DNA of 36,177 nucleotides, from IMG/VR virus record IMGVR_UViG_3300017766_000457, positions 1-36,177 of that record, one strand, 5' to 3'. Below are positions 8,186 to 15,334 of the stretch, in pieces (position 1 is the stretch's first letter; each line of letters starts with the position of its first letter). The notes below the pieces were generated by a model, which was not told where the DNA came from, made no database searches, and was given only the letters and a program-made list of their open reading frames with translations. The stretch comes from a virus (taxonomy: Duplodnaviria; Caudoviricetes). Both the position numbers and the translations under genes were made by a program.

Positions 8186-8382
8186 CGCCAATCTCCCTTT
8201 ATCCCTCTGTTTCCTTTAGCCCACTGTTCTTTGCAGTCATTGGCTAGTTTATCTGCTACTACATCACCCCTAGCTTTTCTAACCCTAGCTAAGTAATCTA
8301 AAGCCTTATTCCTATCCTCAGCTCTCCAGCGTAGTACCTGAGAAACCTCGCACTTATGCCGGTATTCTTCGGAGTCATCCAC
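8182..8382 (-). CDS. Hypothetical protein
   Basis: GTG start at 8382 overlapping the helicase end; SEEYRHKCEV...EQWAKGNRG. Confidence 0.65.
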   Translation of the reverse strand: MDDSEEYRHKCEVSQVLRWRAEDRNKALDYLARVRKARGDVVADKLANDCKEQWAKGNRGIKGDWR

Positions 8383-9376
8383 TAAATCTTCCCTTATTAT
8401 CAAAGTCCATAGGCATAGCGCCAACCTTCTCTATAAATTGCTGGCTACTACTATGGTAATAAAGACCATACCACTCCTGAGCCTCACCGTTCCTCTGCTT
8501 CTCGCACATTAGGTAAGCGTCTGGCTGCGTCTCGTCTACCATCTCGCCCCTGTTCCTCATGTTCTCTTTCTTTTTGTTCCGCCACATTAAGAAGACGTTA
8601 TCCACCTGATCCGAAATAGATCCAGAACCCTTCAAGTCGTTCTTATTCGGCTGTTGCTCCTCATTGACCAGCTTACGGATGTGGTGAATTAGGTGGATGT
8701 GTACATTGTGATCCCTAGCCAATGCCGTTAGCTCGTCAATAAAGTTCTTCTGCCCGTTAAAGTCATCCTCACCCTTTACGCACTTCATTAAGCTGTCGAT
8801 AAATATATGCTTGATGCCCAGCTCCATAGCGCAATACCTCGCCATCGCTATGACCTTATCGGCAGAAGTCGTACCCTGCTGGTCATACAGATACATCTTG
8901 TCCGCTAAGTACGCATCAAACCTTGTGAATAAGCCGTTGATATATTTCTCACGGTCATTACTTAGCGGGTTATCTATGTACTCCCCAGAAAACTGTCTGA
9001 CCATACGCTCTAAGGTTTTCTCGGGCTTCATCTCAAAGCTGGCTATGCAAACCTTCTGACCTTGGCGGATCAGGTTCAGCGCAATCTGGCCTGTAATCAG
9101 CGACTTACCACCACCGTTACCACCAGCATATACCGTTACCTCACCATCCCTGAACGCAAAACTAGAATGCGTATTAGGCCAAGGCAATACAATTTTCTTA
9201 TCAGTTTTACTATTTAGATAGCTTTCCTTTATAACTTCCGACCATTCCGTAGCCCGTTTGACTTTAATGGTCACATCATTAGCGTGTAGATACTTCTCTA
9301 CATTAATGACTTCTGACTTGATTATTCTGGCTTTTCTAGCCTCGTCTAAATCTATTGCTCTATCTTCTAAGCTCAT
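8375..9376 (-). CDS. Superfamily 4 (DnaB/T7 gp4-like) replicative helicase
   Basis: Walker A AGGNGGGKS, SFEM, IFIDSL, HIHLIHH, DLKGSGSI, KQRNG. Confidence 0.93.
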   Translation of the reverse strand: MSLEDRAIDLDEARKARIIKSEVINVEKYLHANDVTIKVKRATEWSEVIKESYLNSKTDKKIVLPWPNTHSSFAFRDGEVTVYAGGNGGGKSLITGQIALNLIRQGQKVCIASFEMKPEKTLERMVRQFSGEYIDNPLSNDREKYINGLFTRFDAYLADKMYLYDQQGTTSADKVIAMARYCAMELGIKHIFIDSLMKCVKGEDDFNGQKNFIDELTALARDHNVHIHLIHHIRKLVNEEQQPNKNDLKGSGSISDQVDNVFLMWRNKKKENMRNRGEMVDETQPDAYLMCEKQRNGEAQEWYGLYYHSSSQQFIEKVGAMPMDFDNKGRFSG

Positions 9377-9681
9377 TTATCACCCCTTGTGCGGATAGTT
9401 TCTGCCATATCACGCGAAAAAAATATCTGGCTTAAATCTTTGTAGTATCTGGATGGATTGAACGGCTCAGGTGTTTGTCGATAATGCGCTGCCTCCAATT
9501 CTTTGTACCTAATCCATTGCTCCTCAACTATCTTCGCGCAGGACTCTCGCTCTACTTCAATAATTAACTTTGCAAAATGCTCCAACTTAGGCATAAATAA
9601 ATCCTGAGTTCTAATATCAATCGGAGTCGGAATATAAAAGCCAGCTCTTTTTGCAAATTTTATAATTTCATCCGTATTCAT
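9373..9681 (-). CDS. Hypothetical protein
   Basis: GAGGA RBS and ATG at 9681; EIIKFAKRAGF...ERESCAK...AETIRTRG. Confidence 0.7.
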   Translation of the reverse strand: MNTDEIIKFAKRAGFYIPTPIDIRTQDLFMPKLEHFAKLIIEVERESCAKIVEEQWIRYKELEAAHYRQTPEPFNPSRYYKDLSQIFFSRDMAETIRTRGDK

Positions 9682-9688
9682 ATTATCC

Positions 9689-10117
9689 TCAATTAATATA
9701 ATTAGCTGCTTCGTTAATTCGCTCAAAAGCCGTTTTAAGCCGTTTTCTATCGGTGTCTGATATCTGCCTACCTTCTGACAAATCAAACGCCGCTATGCCC
9801 GTTAAAAGTGCCTCAAAATGGATTATTCTGAGTAGGTCTGTGGCATAAAATGGTCTGCGCTCGGATTTCTTGGCCTGTGTATCGCTTGTGTAGCCTAATT
9901 TGTTCTCTTTAGGAAACAAGTCACCGATGTCCATACCGACAGCAGAAACTATTTCGTAAACCGAACATCCACCAAAGCACTTGAGCAGAATGCGACCATC
10001 GTCAAGAGCCGTGATTGCTAGGCTAGGACTACGATCAGCGTGAGCAGGACAGCAAGCAGTCCAGCGACCTTTGGAACCCTTGACCTTCTCCAATCGATTT
10101 AGCAGGTTCCCAATCAT
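9689..10117 (-). CDS. CHC2 zinc-finger (primase Zn-binding domain) protein
   Basis: ACCPAHADRSPSL...LLKCFGGC; start at 10117 coupled to the upstream stop. Confidence 0.85.
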   Translation of the reverse strand: MIGNLLNRLEKVKGSKGRWTACCPAHADRSPSLAITALDDGRILLKCFGGCSVYEIVSAVGMDIGDLFPKENKLGYTSDTQAKKSERRPFYATDLLRIIHFEALLTGIAAFDLSEGRQISDTDRKRLKTAFERINEAANYIN

Positions 10118-10761
10118 TTGATCCTCCTGTCGTTCATCCACCATTCATTGGCGCTACTTGATGTTGTGGCAACTTCATCTTCCCAACGTTTTGCATTAAG
10201 CCACGTCGCAGGATGAGGAACAAATTGAATTTCTTTACTGGAAAGACCTTGCTGATTGATTGCGTCTAACATTTTCTTTAATACAACATCATCAGGCTTA
10301 ATCTTTAGCCAAAACTTTAAGGCATTAGGCTTTGCTACCTTACGAGGATATTGCTTCCAGAAAATATCAAATCGATCTATATATTCTTGGTTATTGTTTA
10401 TTGGTTTATGGTTATTGGTTAGGATCTGATCCGCATCTGATTTCAGAACCTTTTCAGATCCCCATCTAATCTGATTCGCCTTACGTGCGCTATCCGCTTT
10501 GCTGTGATACTTCTGTATTTCAGAGTCGCAACGAGTGTGAATATACCCATCAACAGACAGCTTAAACATATCCTTTAGGACGTTTTCAATCACGTCTTGT
10601 CCGAGTCTAAGTCTGCGAGAAACCCAATCAATATCAAGCGGGATAGGTGTTTCCGTATCGTAATACATATCGAGCAATCTTCTGTAAGCAAGATCCTCAT
10701 CGTTCGTTAAGTGAGCTGTTGCAGCCCTATAATCACCAATATGAAATTGATAATAATGCAT
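10114..10761 (-). CDS. Replication initiator-like protein, DUF1376/YdaU family
   Basis: MHYYQFHIGDY...HL...AYRRLLDMYY; C-terminal FWKQYPRKVAK...PHPATWLNAKRWEDE. Confidence 0.88.
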   Translation of the reverse strand: MHYYQFHIGDYRAATAHLTNDEDLAYRRLLDMYYDTETPIPLDIDWVSRRLRLGQDVIENVLKDMFKLSVDGYIHTRCDSEIQKYHSKADSARKANQIRWGSEKVLKSDADQILTNNHKPINNNQEYIDRFDIFWKQYPRKVAKPNALKFWLKIKPDDVVLKKMLDAINQQGLSSKEIQFVPHPATWLNAKRWEDEVATTSSSANEWWMNDRRIK

Positions 10762-10774
10762 AGCTTTTTCCAAT

Positions 10775-10880
10775 AAAAAAAGCCCTAGGTGAGACTCTCA
10801 CTATTTCTAGTGTTGACGGACTGGTGAGTGACCAGCAGAGTCCCATCTAAGGCTTACTCGTTTAACGCGCCGTCAAGCAC
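10775..10880 (-). ncRNA. Structured leader RNA/attenuator (c4/CI-like architecture), copy B
   Basis: 19-bp stalk 10780-10798/10837-10855; hairpins 10799-10812 (GAAA loop) and 10821-10835; junction 10813-10819 complementary to 10870-10876; U7 tail. Confidence 0.72.
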
Positions 10881-10886
10881 GTAACT

Positions 10887-10915
10887 ACTATACCTTAACG
10901 CCTCTCAAGGTGCAA
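10887..10915 (-). promoter_or_regulatory. Sigma70-type promoter for the leader RNA and replication genes
   Basis: TTGCAC-17 bp-TATAGT on the minus strand. Confidence 0.65.
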
Positions 10916-11121
10916 ATCCTGCATACGTTAGTATCTTTGAACTGAGTAACGGTACGGCTTTTCTTACATCCTCGGCAAAACCTAGTACCGAAATAGCTGC
11001 TTTTCGTTGATTCGACTTGTACAGGTTTTAAAGGTTCGATGCTCAATTGGTTGACCTCTGGGTGACAGTTTGGGCAAGAAGGTTTGCAATGGCTTCCACT
11101 GCAATGATGGCGCTGGCTCAT
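10888..11121 (-). CDS. Cys/His-rich small protein (two Zn-binding clusters)
   Basis: HCSGSHCKPSCPNC and FCRGC...VCRIC; AGGA RBS. Confidence 0.65.
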   Translation of the reverse strand: MSQRHHCSGSHCKPSCPNCHPEVNQLSIEPLKPVQVESTKSSYFGTRFCRGCKKSRTVTQFKDTNVCRICTLRGVKV

Positions 11122-11130
11122 TATCTTCCT

Positions 11131-11313
11131 TCATAATTTGTGGCTCCGTATTATCCGACATTTTTCTCTATCCTCATGGCTAAAGTCAGGGCTAATCTCA
11201 GCTACCTCGCAGGGCAACCTTACCGGCCTATTATGAGCCTTAATACCCCAATAGATAGCCAATCCACCACAAATAAACCAAAACCCAATTATTAACTTCT
11301 CGGCAACTTTCAT
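11131..11313 (-). CDS. Small membrane-anchored protein
   Basis: AGGAGG RBS; N-terminal hydrophobic helix; CEVAEISPDF...KCR. Confidence 0.72.
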   Translation of the reverse strand: MKVAEKLIIGFWFICGGLAIYWGIKAHNRPVRLPCEVAEISPDFSHEDREKCRIIRSHKL

Positions 11314-11343
11314 AATTCCCTCCTGTAGTTAAGCTGCCCATAG

Positions 11344-11372
11344 ATATTGCCCATGTAGAATATTCCTGTCAA
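11344..11372 (-). promoter_or_regulatory. Leftward sigma70-type promoter
   Basis: TTGACA-17 bp-CAATAT on the minus strand (perfect -35, weak -10). Confidence 0.5.
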
Positions 11373-11414
11373 TTGATATTATTTATCGGCAACAGATAAC
11401 TGATAGAAATAATT

Positions 11415-11444
11415 TTGCACACAGTCATCATTTTTAAGTATAGT
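11415..11444 (+). promoter_or_regulatory. Rightward sigma70-type promoter
   Basis: TTGCAC-18 bp-TATAGT preceded by an AT-rich tract. Confidence 0.6.
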
Positions 11445-11480
11445 TCACTCACCGCAACACGCGGCTACTAGGAGACTAAT

Positions 11481-11648
11481 ATGAATATCGATGAAATCAA
11501 AGCAAAGATAGCAGCACTAGAAGAATCTAATGCGTACTGGAAAAAGTGCCAAGACGGTAGTTACGAGATGGCCTTAGATCGCGCTGGTTACTGGAAACTT
11601 AAAAATCAACTTAAGGAGCTGGAAAGTGGAAAACCCAATAATCAGTGA
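11481..11648 (+). CDS. 55-aa hypothetical early protein (not in ORF track)
   Basis: AGGAG RBS; MNIDEIKAKIAALEESNAYWKKCQDGSYEMALDRAGYWKLKNQLKELESGKPNNQ. Confidence 0.72.
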   Translation: MNIDEIKAKIAALEESNAYWKKCQDGSYEMALDRAGYWKLKNQLKELESGKPNNQ

Positions 11649-11808
11649 CGTTCGCACTCAAGCATACAAAGACGGTCTTGCCGAAGGAATGGAAATAGCC
11701 CGTCAGATGTTATGCAAAGCGATAGGCAAAGAATGTGATTCATTTGGCAGAGCAGTAGGTAAATTAGACATTATGCTTATGGAAATGGAAAGGATGAAGC
11801 GTGAATAA
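11626..11808 (+). CDS. Hypothetical protein
   Basis: AAGGAG RBS with GTG start; AYKDGLAEG motif. Confidence 0.7.
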   Translation: MENPIISDVRTQAYKDGLAEGMEIARQMLCKAIGKECDSFGRAVGKLDIMLMEMERMKRE

Positions 11809-11899
11809 GCTGCTATCGACTAACGACTGGTTTGCTAGACATCCAGTTTTCTGTGGTGTAATAATGATCGTTCTTTACATTATCTCTTGTTCAATATGA
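11801..11899 (+). CDS. 32-aa hydrophobic peptide (not in ORF track)
   Basis: AAGGA RBS, GTG start; MNKLLSTNDWFARHPVFCGVIMIVLYIISCSI; ATGA overlap with the next gene. Confidence 0.6.
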   Translation: MNKLLSTNDWFARHPVFCGVIMIVLYIISCSI

Positions 11900-12072
11900 G
11901 TAAATCCATACTAGACCCATCATTCAAATATGTTACTGCGTCTAATACAAACATTGCTAAGACCTTTGCGAAGATTCGTAAGGAGCAGCAAGCTAAGGTT
12001 AAGCCGGTACAGCCTGTTCAGGAAGTTCGGCAATTCAATATTATGCAGTATAAAAAATTCAATAAAGGGTAA
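11896..12072 (+). CDS. Hypothetical protein
   Basis: MSKSILDPSFKYVTASNTNIAKTFAKIR; ATG at 11896. Confidence 0.68.
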   Translation: MSKSILDPSFKYVTASNTNIAKTFAKIRKEQQAKVKPVQPVQEVRQFNIMQYKKFNKG

Positions 12073-12075
12073 ATA

Positions 12076-12690
12076 ATGTCTGTTTATATCAAGCTGCAAA
12101 AAGCTAGGATGATGTTACAAGCAGCACCACTAAAGAAGTCAGGCCACAATAAGTTTGCCGGGTATCAATACTTTGAGTTAGGCGATTTTTTACCAACCAT
12201 TAACTCTATATTCTATGAAGTCGGACTCTGCTCAGTTATCAGCTTTGATAAAGAATTGGCTACTTTACGCATTGTCGATACTGATACTGGTGGGGCTATT
12301 ACATTTACTAGCCCGATGGCTGATGCCAATCTAAAGGGCTGTCATCCGATCCAGAACCTCGGTGCTGTAGAGACGTACTCACGTAGATACCTTTACGTTA
12401 CTGCTCTGGAGATCGTAGAGCATGATGCGCTAGACGCTACAACAGGCAGTGAATCGCCTAAGTCAGCCAAGCCAATTACTAAAGACGTATTTGACAGCAT
12501 GACCAGCGAGGAACAGGAAGCTATCCGCAGCATTGGTGTCAATGTGATTTCATTGCTATCAATGGATGATGTTGCTGGTGCTGTTGAGTATATTGAACAA
12601 TCAGAGTTAGACGCAGATTCTAAAACCGCCCTTTGGAGTCTGTTGGATAGTAAGCAACGGGCAGCAATTAAAAAATACACTACAAGGTAA
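12076..12690 (+). CDS. erf: ERF-family single-strand annealing protein
   Basis: KKSGHNKFAGYQYFELGD and QNLGAVETYSRRYLYVTALEI..D.LD signature. Confidence 0.9.
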   Translation: MSVYIKLQKARMMLQAAPLKKSGHNKFAGYQYFELGDFLPTINSIFYEVGLCSVISFDKELATLRIVDTDTGGAITFTSPMADANLKGCHPIQNLGAVETYSRRYLYVTALEIVEHDALDATTGSESPKSAKPITKDVFDSMTSEEQEAIRSIGVNVISLLSMDDVAGAVEYIEQSELDADSKTALWSLLDSKQRAAIKKYTTR

Positions 12691-12692
12691 AT

Positions 12693-12941
12693 ATGAGCAA
12701 TTTCGATAATACTAATCGCGGCATTCTGTCTAAGAATCTGAACAAGACAGCAGACAATCACCCAGAATACTCTGGCTCACTTAACGTAGACGGTACTGAT
12801 TACTGGTTGTCTGCATGGATTAAAGAATCTAGCAAAGACGGTAAAAAGTTCTTTAGTCTGTCAGTTAAGCCTAAAGATGCAGCAAAGCCTAAAGCTAAAC
12901 CAATGCCGGAAGAAGATTTTAACGATTCTGTTCCGTTCTGA
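12693..12941 (+). CDS. Small SSB-like protein
   Basis: Beta-rich core, Pro/Lys linker, acidic tail ending DFNDSVPF; adjacent to erf. Confidence 0.7.
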   Translation: MSNFDNTNRGILSKNLNKTADNHPEYSGSLNVDGTDYWLSAWIKESSKDGKKFFSLSVKPKDAAKPKAKPMPEEDFNDSVPF

Positions 12942-12946
12942 TCTAC

Positions 12947-13166
12947 GGAGAGAAAGCAAGCGGAGAGCTTTGGTCAGTTCATCTTAGCTTGTGAGTATCT
13001 CCACCTTTACGGCCTAAAAGCGGATGCTGTGAAATGGGTAGCTGGAATCTAATCACTGCCAGCCACAGACGTAGCGAGTAAGGCCACCTTTATGGGGAAA
13101 GCGGATGCTGGTAACACGGGGCTATCGAAATTCAGTTAGCCATACCTCCAGTGTAGCGAGTACCCA
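12947..13166 (+). ncRNA. Three tandem structured RNA units (12947-13002, 13011-13085, 13093-13166)
   Basis: Covarying closing stems GGAGA/TCTCC, GGCCT/AGGCC, TGGG/CCCA; constant RAAAGC...GYGAGTA; each ends in CCACCT. Confidence 0.75.
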
Positions 13167-13173
13167 CCTAATA

Positions 13174-13204
13174 CGCCAAGCCGGTAGTGGCGAGTAACAC
13201 CGGC
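13174..13204 (+). ncRNA. H-type pseudoknot
   Basis: CGCCA 13174-78 pairs with TGGCG 13188-92; GCCGGT 13180-85 pairs with ACCGGC 13199-204. Confidence 0.6.
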
Positions 13205-13238
13205 AGCAGGGGCTAGCCACTTTCTCTAGTGACCCTGC

Positions 13239-13368
13239 ACCAAGACGCATGAGGATTGGAGCCCGAGTCCGCAAGACTTAGTAGGCTTGCCAAAAGATAG
13301 CCAGCAGTCCTAGGAAACTCTGGATGAGACAAGCTAGATAGCCAGTCCTCAGTCGTGTTGGTCAACCA
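13239..13368 (+). ncRNA. Multibranch structured RNA
   Basis: ACCAAgACGcaTGAGGATTGG pairs with CCAGTCCTCAgtCGTgTTGGT; inner GCAA- and GAAA-capped hairpins. Confidence 0.6.
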
Positions 13369-13380
13369 TAGGAGAAATAC

Positions 13381-13572
13381 GTGATTCTTGATGAACTGCA
13401 AAAACGCTTTGACATTAAAAACGACCGCCAGCTATCCATTAAGCTAGGTGTAGCTGCCCCAGTAATTAGCCGACTGCGTAACGGTAAGGCTAAAGTCTCA
13501 GCAGAGATGATGATTGCTATCCATGAAGTATTCGGACTGCCTATTGCTGAGATTAAGGAACTGTCTAAATGA
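13381..13572 (+). CDS. XRE/Cro-like HTH regulator
   Basis: NDRQLSIKLGVAAPVISRLRNG; AGGAG RBS. Confidence 0.85.
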   Translation: MILDELQKRFDIKNDRQLSIKLGVAAPVISRLRNGKAKVSAEMMIAIHEVFGLPIAEIKELSK

Positions 13573-13880
13573 GCTGGAATGGCACAGAATTAGAAGTAAT
13601 TCGATGGGCTGAAGCTAGAGGAATCATCGCTAACTCAGACTCTAAAACACAGATGCTCAAAGCAGTCTCAGAGATGGGGGAGTTAGCAGATGCCATTATT
13701 AAACGGGATAGACCTGCTATTGTTGATGGCATTGGTGATGTGCTTGTTTGTCTTATTGTGGTGGGGGCTTTAGAAGACGTAAATCTTACCCACTGCCTAC
13801 AATCAGCCTATAACGAGATTAAAGACCGTAAGGGCTACCTCAATAAGAATGGAGTCTTCGTAAAAGATGGATCAAATTAA
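13569..13880 (+). CDS. MazG-like NTP pyrophosphohydrolase
   Basis: WAEARG...KAVSEMGELADA...DGIGD...AYNEIKDRKG. Confidence 0.88.
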   Translation: MSWNGTELEVIRWAEARGIIANSDSKTQMLKAVSEMGELADAIIKRDRPAIVDGIGDVLVCLIVVGALEDVNLTHCLQSAYNEIKDRKGYLNKNGVFVKDGSN

Positions 13881-14094
13881 TAATCCAGCACACTATACCG
13901 ATGGTGGTATTGAAACCATTGATTTTATTGAAGCCAAAGGATTAGATTTTCATCTAGGCAATGCAGTTAAATACATATCACGGGCAGGTAAGAAGGAAGA
14001 CAAACTCAAGGATCTGCTAAAAGCCCAGTGGTACATCAATAGAGCTATTAATAATGAACAAAGTAAATCAGGAAACCTACGCTCTAGCGATTAA
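13867..14094 (+). CDS. DUF3310 family (T7 gp1.7 nucleotide kinase-like) protein
   Basis: INNPAHY..GGIETIDFIE...GNAVKYISRAGKK...DLLKAQWY. Confidence 0.88.
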   Translation: MDQINNPAHYTDGGIETIDFIEAKGLDFHLGNAVKYISRAGKKEDKLKDLLKAQWYINRAINNEQSKSGNLRSSD

Positions 14095-14395
14095 ATTCTT
14101 ACTAAGTAATGATGCTACATTTCAGCAAATAGCAGACGAAACCGGCCTACACATAGTAACCATCAGCAAGCTAATCAGGACGTTTAAGAAGCATAAGCTA
14201 GTTCACGTATGCGACTGGCTTCCCGATAGAATGGGGCGTGATGCAACAATGGTAATTAGGTGGGGAGAAGGCAAGGATTTAAAGCGGTTTAGAATGTCCA
14301 ATAAAGAAAGACAAAGGTTACACCGGGCACGTAAGAAAGAACAAATTATTACGCACCCGGTTAGTCTTCTTAGACCTTTATCAACTGGCCTCTAA
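14054..14395 (+). CDS. Winged-HTH DNA-binding protein
   Basis: TFQQIADETGLHIVTISKLI HTH; basic C-terminus. Confidence 0.72.
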   Translation: MNKVNQETYALAIKFLLSNDATFQQIADETGLHIVTISKLIRTFKKHKLVHVCDWLPDRMGRDATMVIRWGEGKDLKRFRMSNKERQRLHRARKKEQIITHPVSLLRPLSTGL

Positions 14396-15326
14396 ACACT
14401 ACGTGGTCATCGTCCCAAACCTGACATAGTTCTGGAGGCAACATCTTCCCATCAACATAGGTTAGAACTGCAAAGCCTGATCGATGGTTCTTAGGGTTGT
14501 CTTCAGAATACTCAAACTGGTTACCGTCAACGTCACACAGCGTACCTGTATCTACACCGTATCTATCCCCACGATAATCAGACCAAGGCGTAACTTTAAG
14601 GCTATGTAAGTGGCCTGTAACTACACTAATGCCAGCCTTCATCGTGTTATTGTAAACAGCATGGATGCCATTATGATAACGATGCTTAATCATTGTGGTG
14701 TCATTGACCATAATGCTGGTTGAGAACTTCCAGCGAGGGAAATGGTCAGTCAGGTTCATGCCTTCTACGCCTCGCCAAGTATCACCTACCTGAGCCGCTA
14801 AACGAGCGTTAAAGCGCATATCGTGGTTACCCCATGTCCAGTTAAGGGAAGCGCCTTTTGCAGCCTTCTCGACCTCCTCTAGACGATCCTGACAGGCTTC
14901 TAGCTCCTGTTTTACGCTAGGAGTAGAGCCCCATCCTGATACTGGGTGACGGGAGATGCTAGCCCCATCGAATACATCGCCATTCATAACGACCATCTTT
15001 GGCTTTAAATCTTTGATGATCTTTACGAATGCACGGTGAGCAGTGCTGATAATGCCCGGCCAGTAATGGCAGTCAGATCCTACGATAATAATGCCATTCT
15101 GTAACTCTACGTTGACCCGTACATTGTTCTCTGGGTACGTTACTTTAAAGTCAGGGCTATTCTTTGCTACGCCTTTAAGGATAATCCCATTTTCTTTTTC
15201 AATTCGTCTTCGTCTTGTATGAGCATTTCTTTCCGTAACGCCTAAGATTTTTGCTACTTCTGTTGCCGATCCGTGTTTATTCCACAAAGCAATAAATTCT
15301 TGCTCTGTGCAAGATGGTTTTCGCAT
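14370..15326 (-). CDS. Calcineurin-like metallophosphoesterase with N-terminal HTH
   Basis: SDCH, NGDVFD, GNHD, KH, GHLH motifs; ATEVAKILGVTER. Confidence 0.9.
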   Translation of the reverse strand: MRKPSCTEQEFIALWNKHGSATEVAKILGVTERNAHTRRRRIEKENGIILKGVAKNSPDFKVTYPENNVRVNVELQNGIIIVGSDCHYWPGIISTAHRAFVKIIKDLKPKMVVMNGDVFDGASISRHPVSGWGSTPSVKQELEACQDRLEEVEKAAKGASLNWTWGNHDMRFNARLAAQVGDTWRGVEGMNLTDHFPRWKFSTSIMVNDTTMIKHRYHNGIHAVYNNTMKAGISVVTGHLHSLKVTPWSDYRGDRYGVDTGTLCDVDGNQFEYSEDNPKNHRSGFAVLTYVDGKMLPPELCQVWDDDHVVFRGQLIKV

Positions 15327-15334
15327 GATCCCCT

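Noticed and set aside
13124-13149. Unit 3 apical region as antisense to the start of gene 20145..22196 (AAATTCAG..AGCCAT)
   Set aside because: The match is short and gapped; cannot be distinguished from chance without a computed search
12947-13166. CRISPR mini-array
   Set aside because: Repeats are not identical, the conserved parts pair across the variable region, unit lengths differ and there are no cas genes
13311-13330. Hammerhead ribozyme (GAAAC near CTGGATGA)
   Set aside because: Core is not CUGANGA and there is no room for the intervening stems and cleavage triplet
12947-13368. tRNA genes, including suppressor-like loops (TCTAA, TTCAG)
   Set aside because: No cloverleaf, no T-arm GTTCRA in context; anticodon-like words this short are expected by chance
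13213-13401. 62-aa minus-strand ORF over the RNA cluster
   Set aside because: Antisense to the operon, no clear RBS, no recognisable motif
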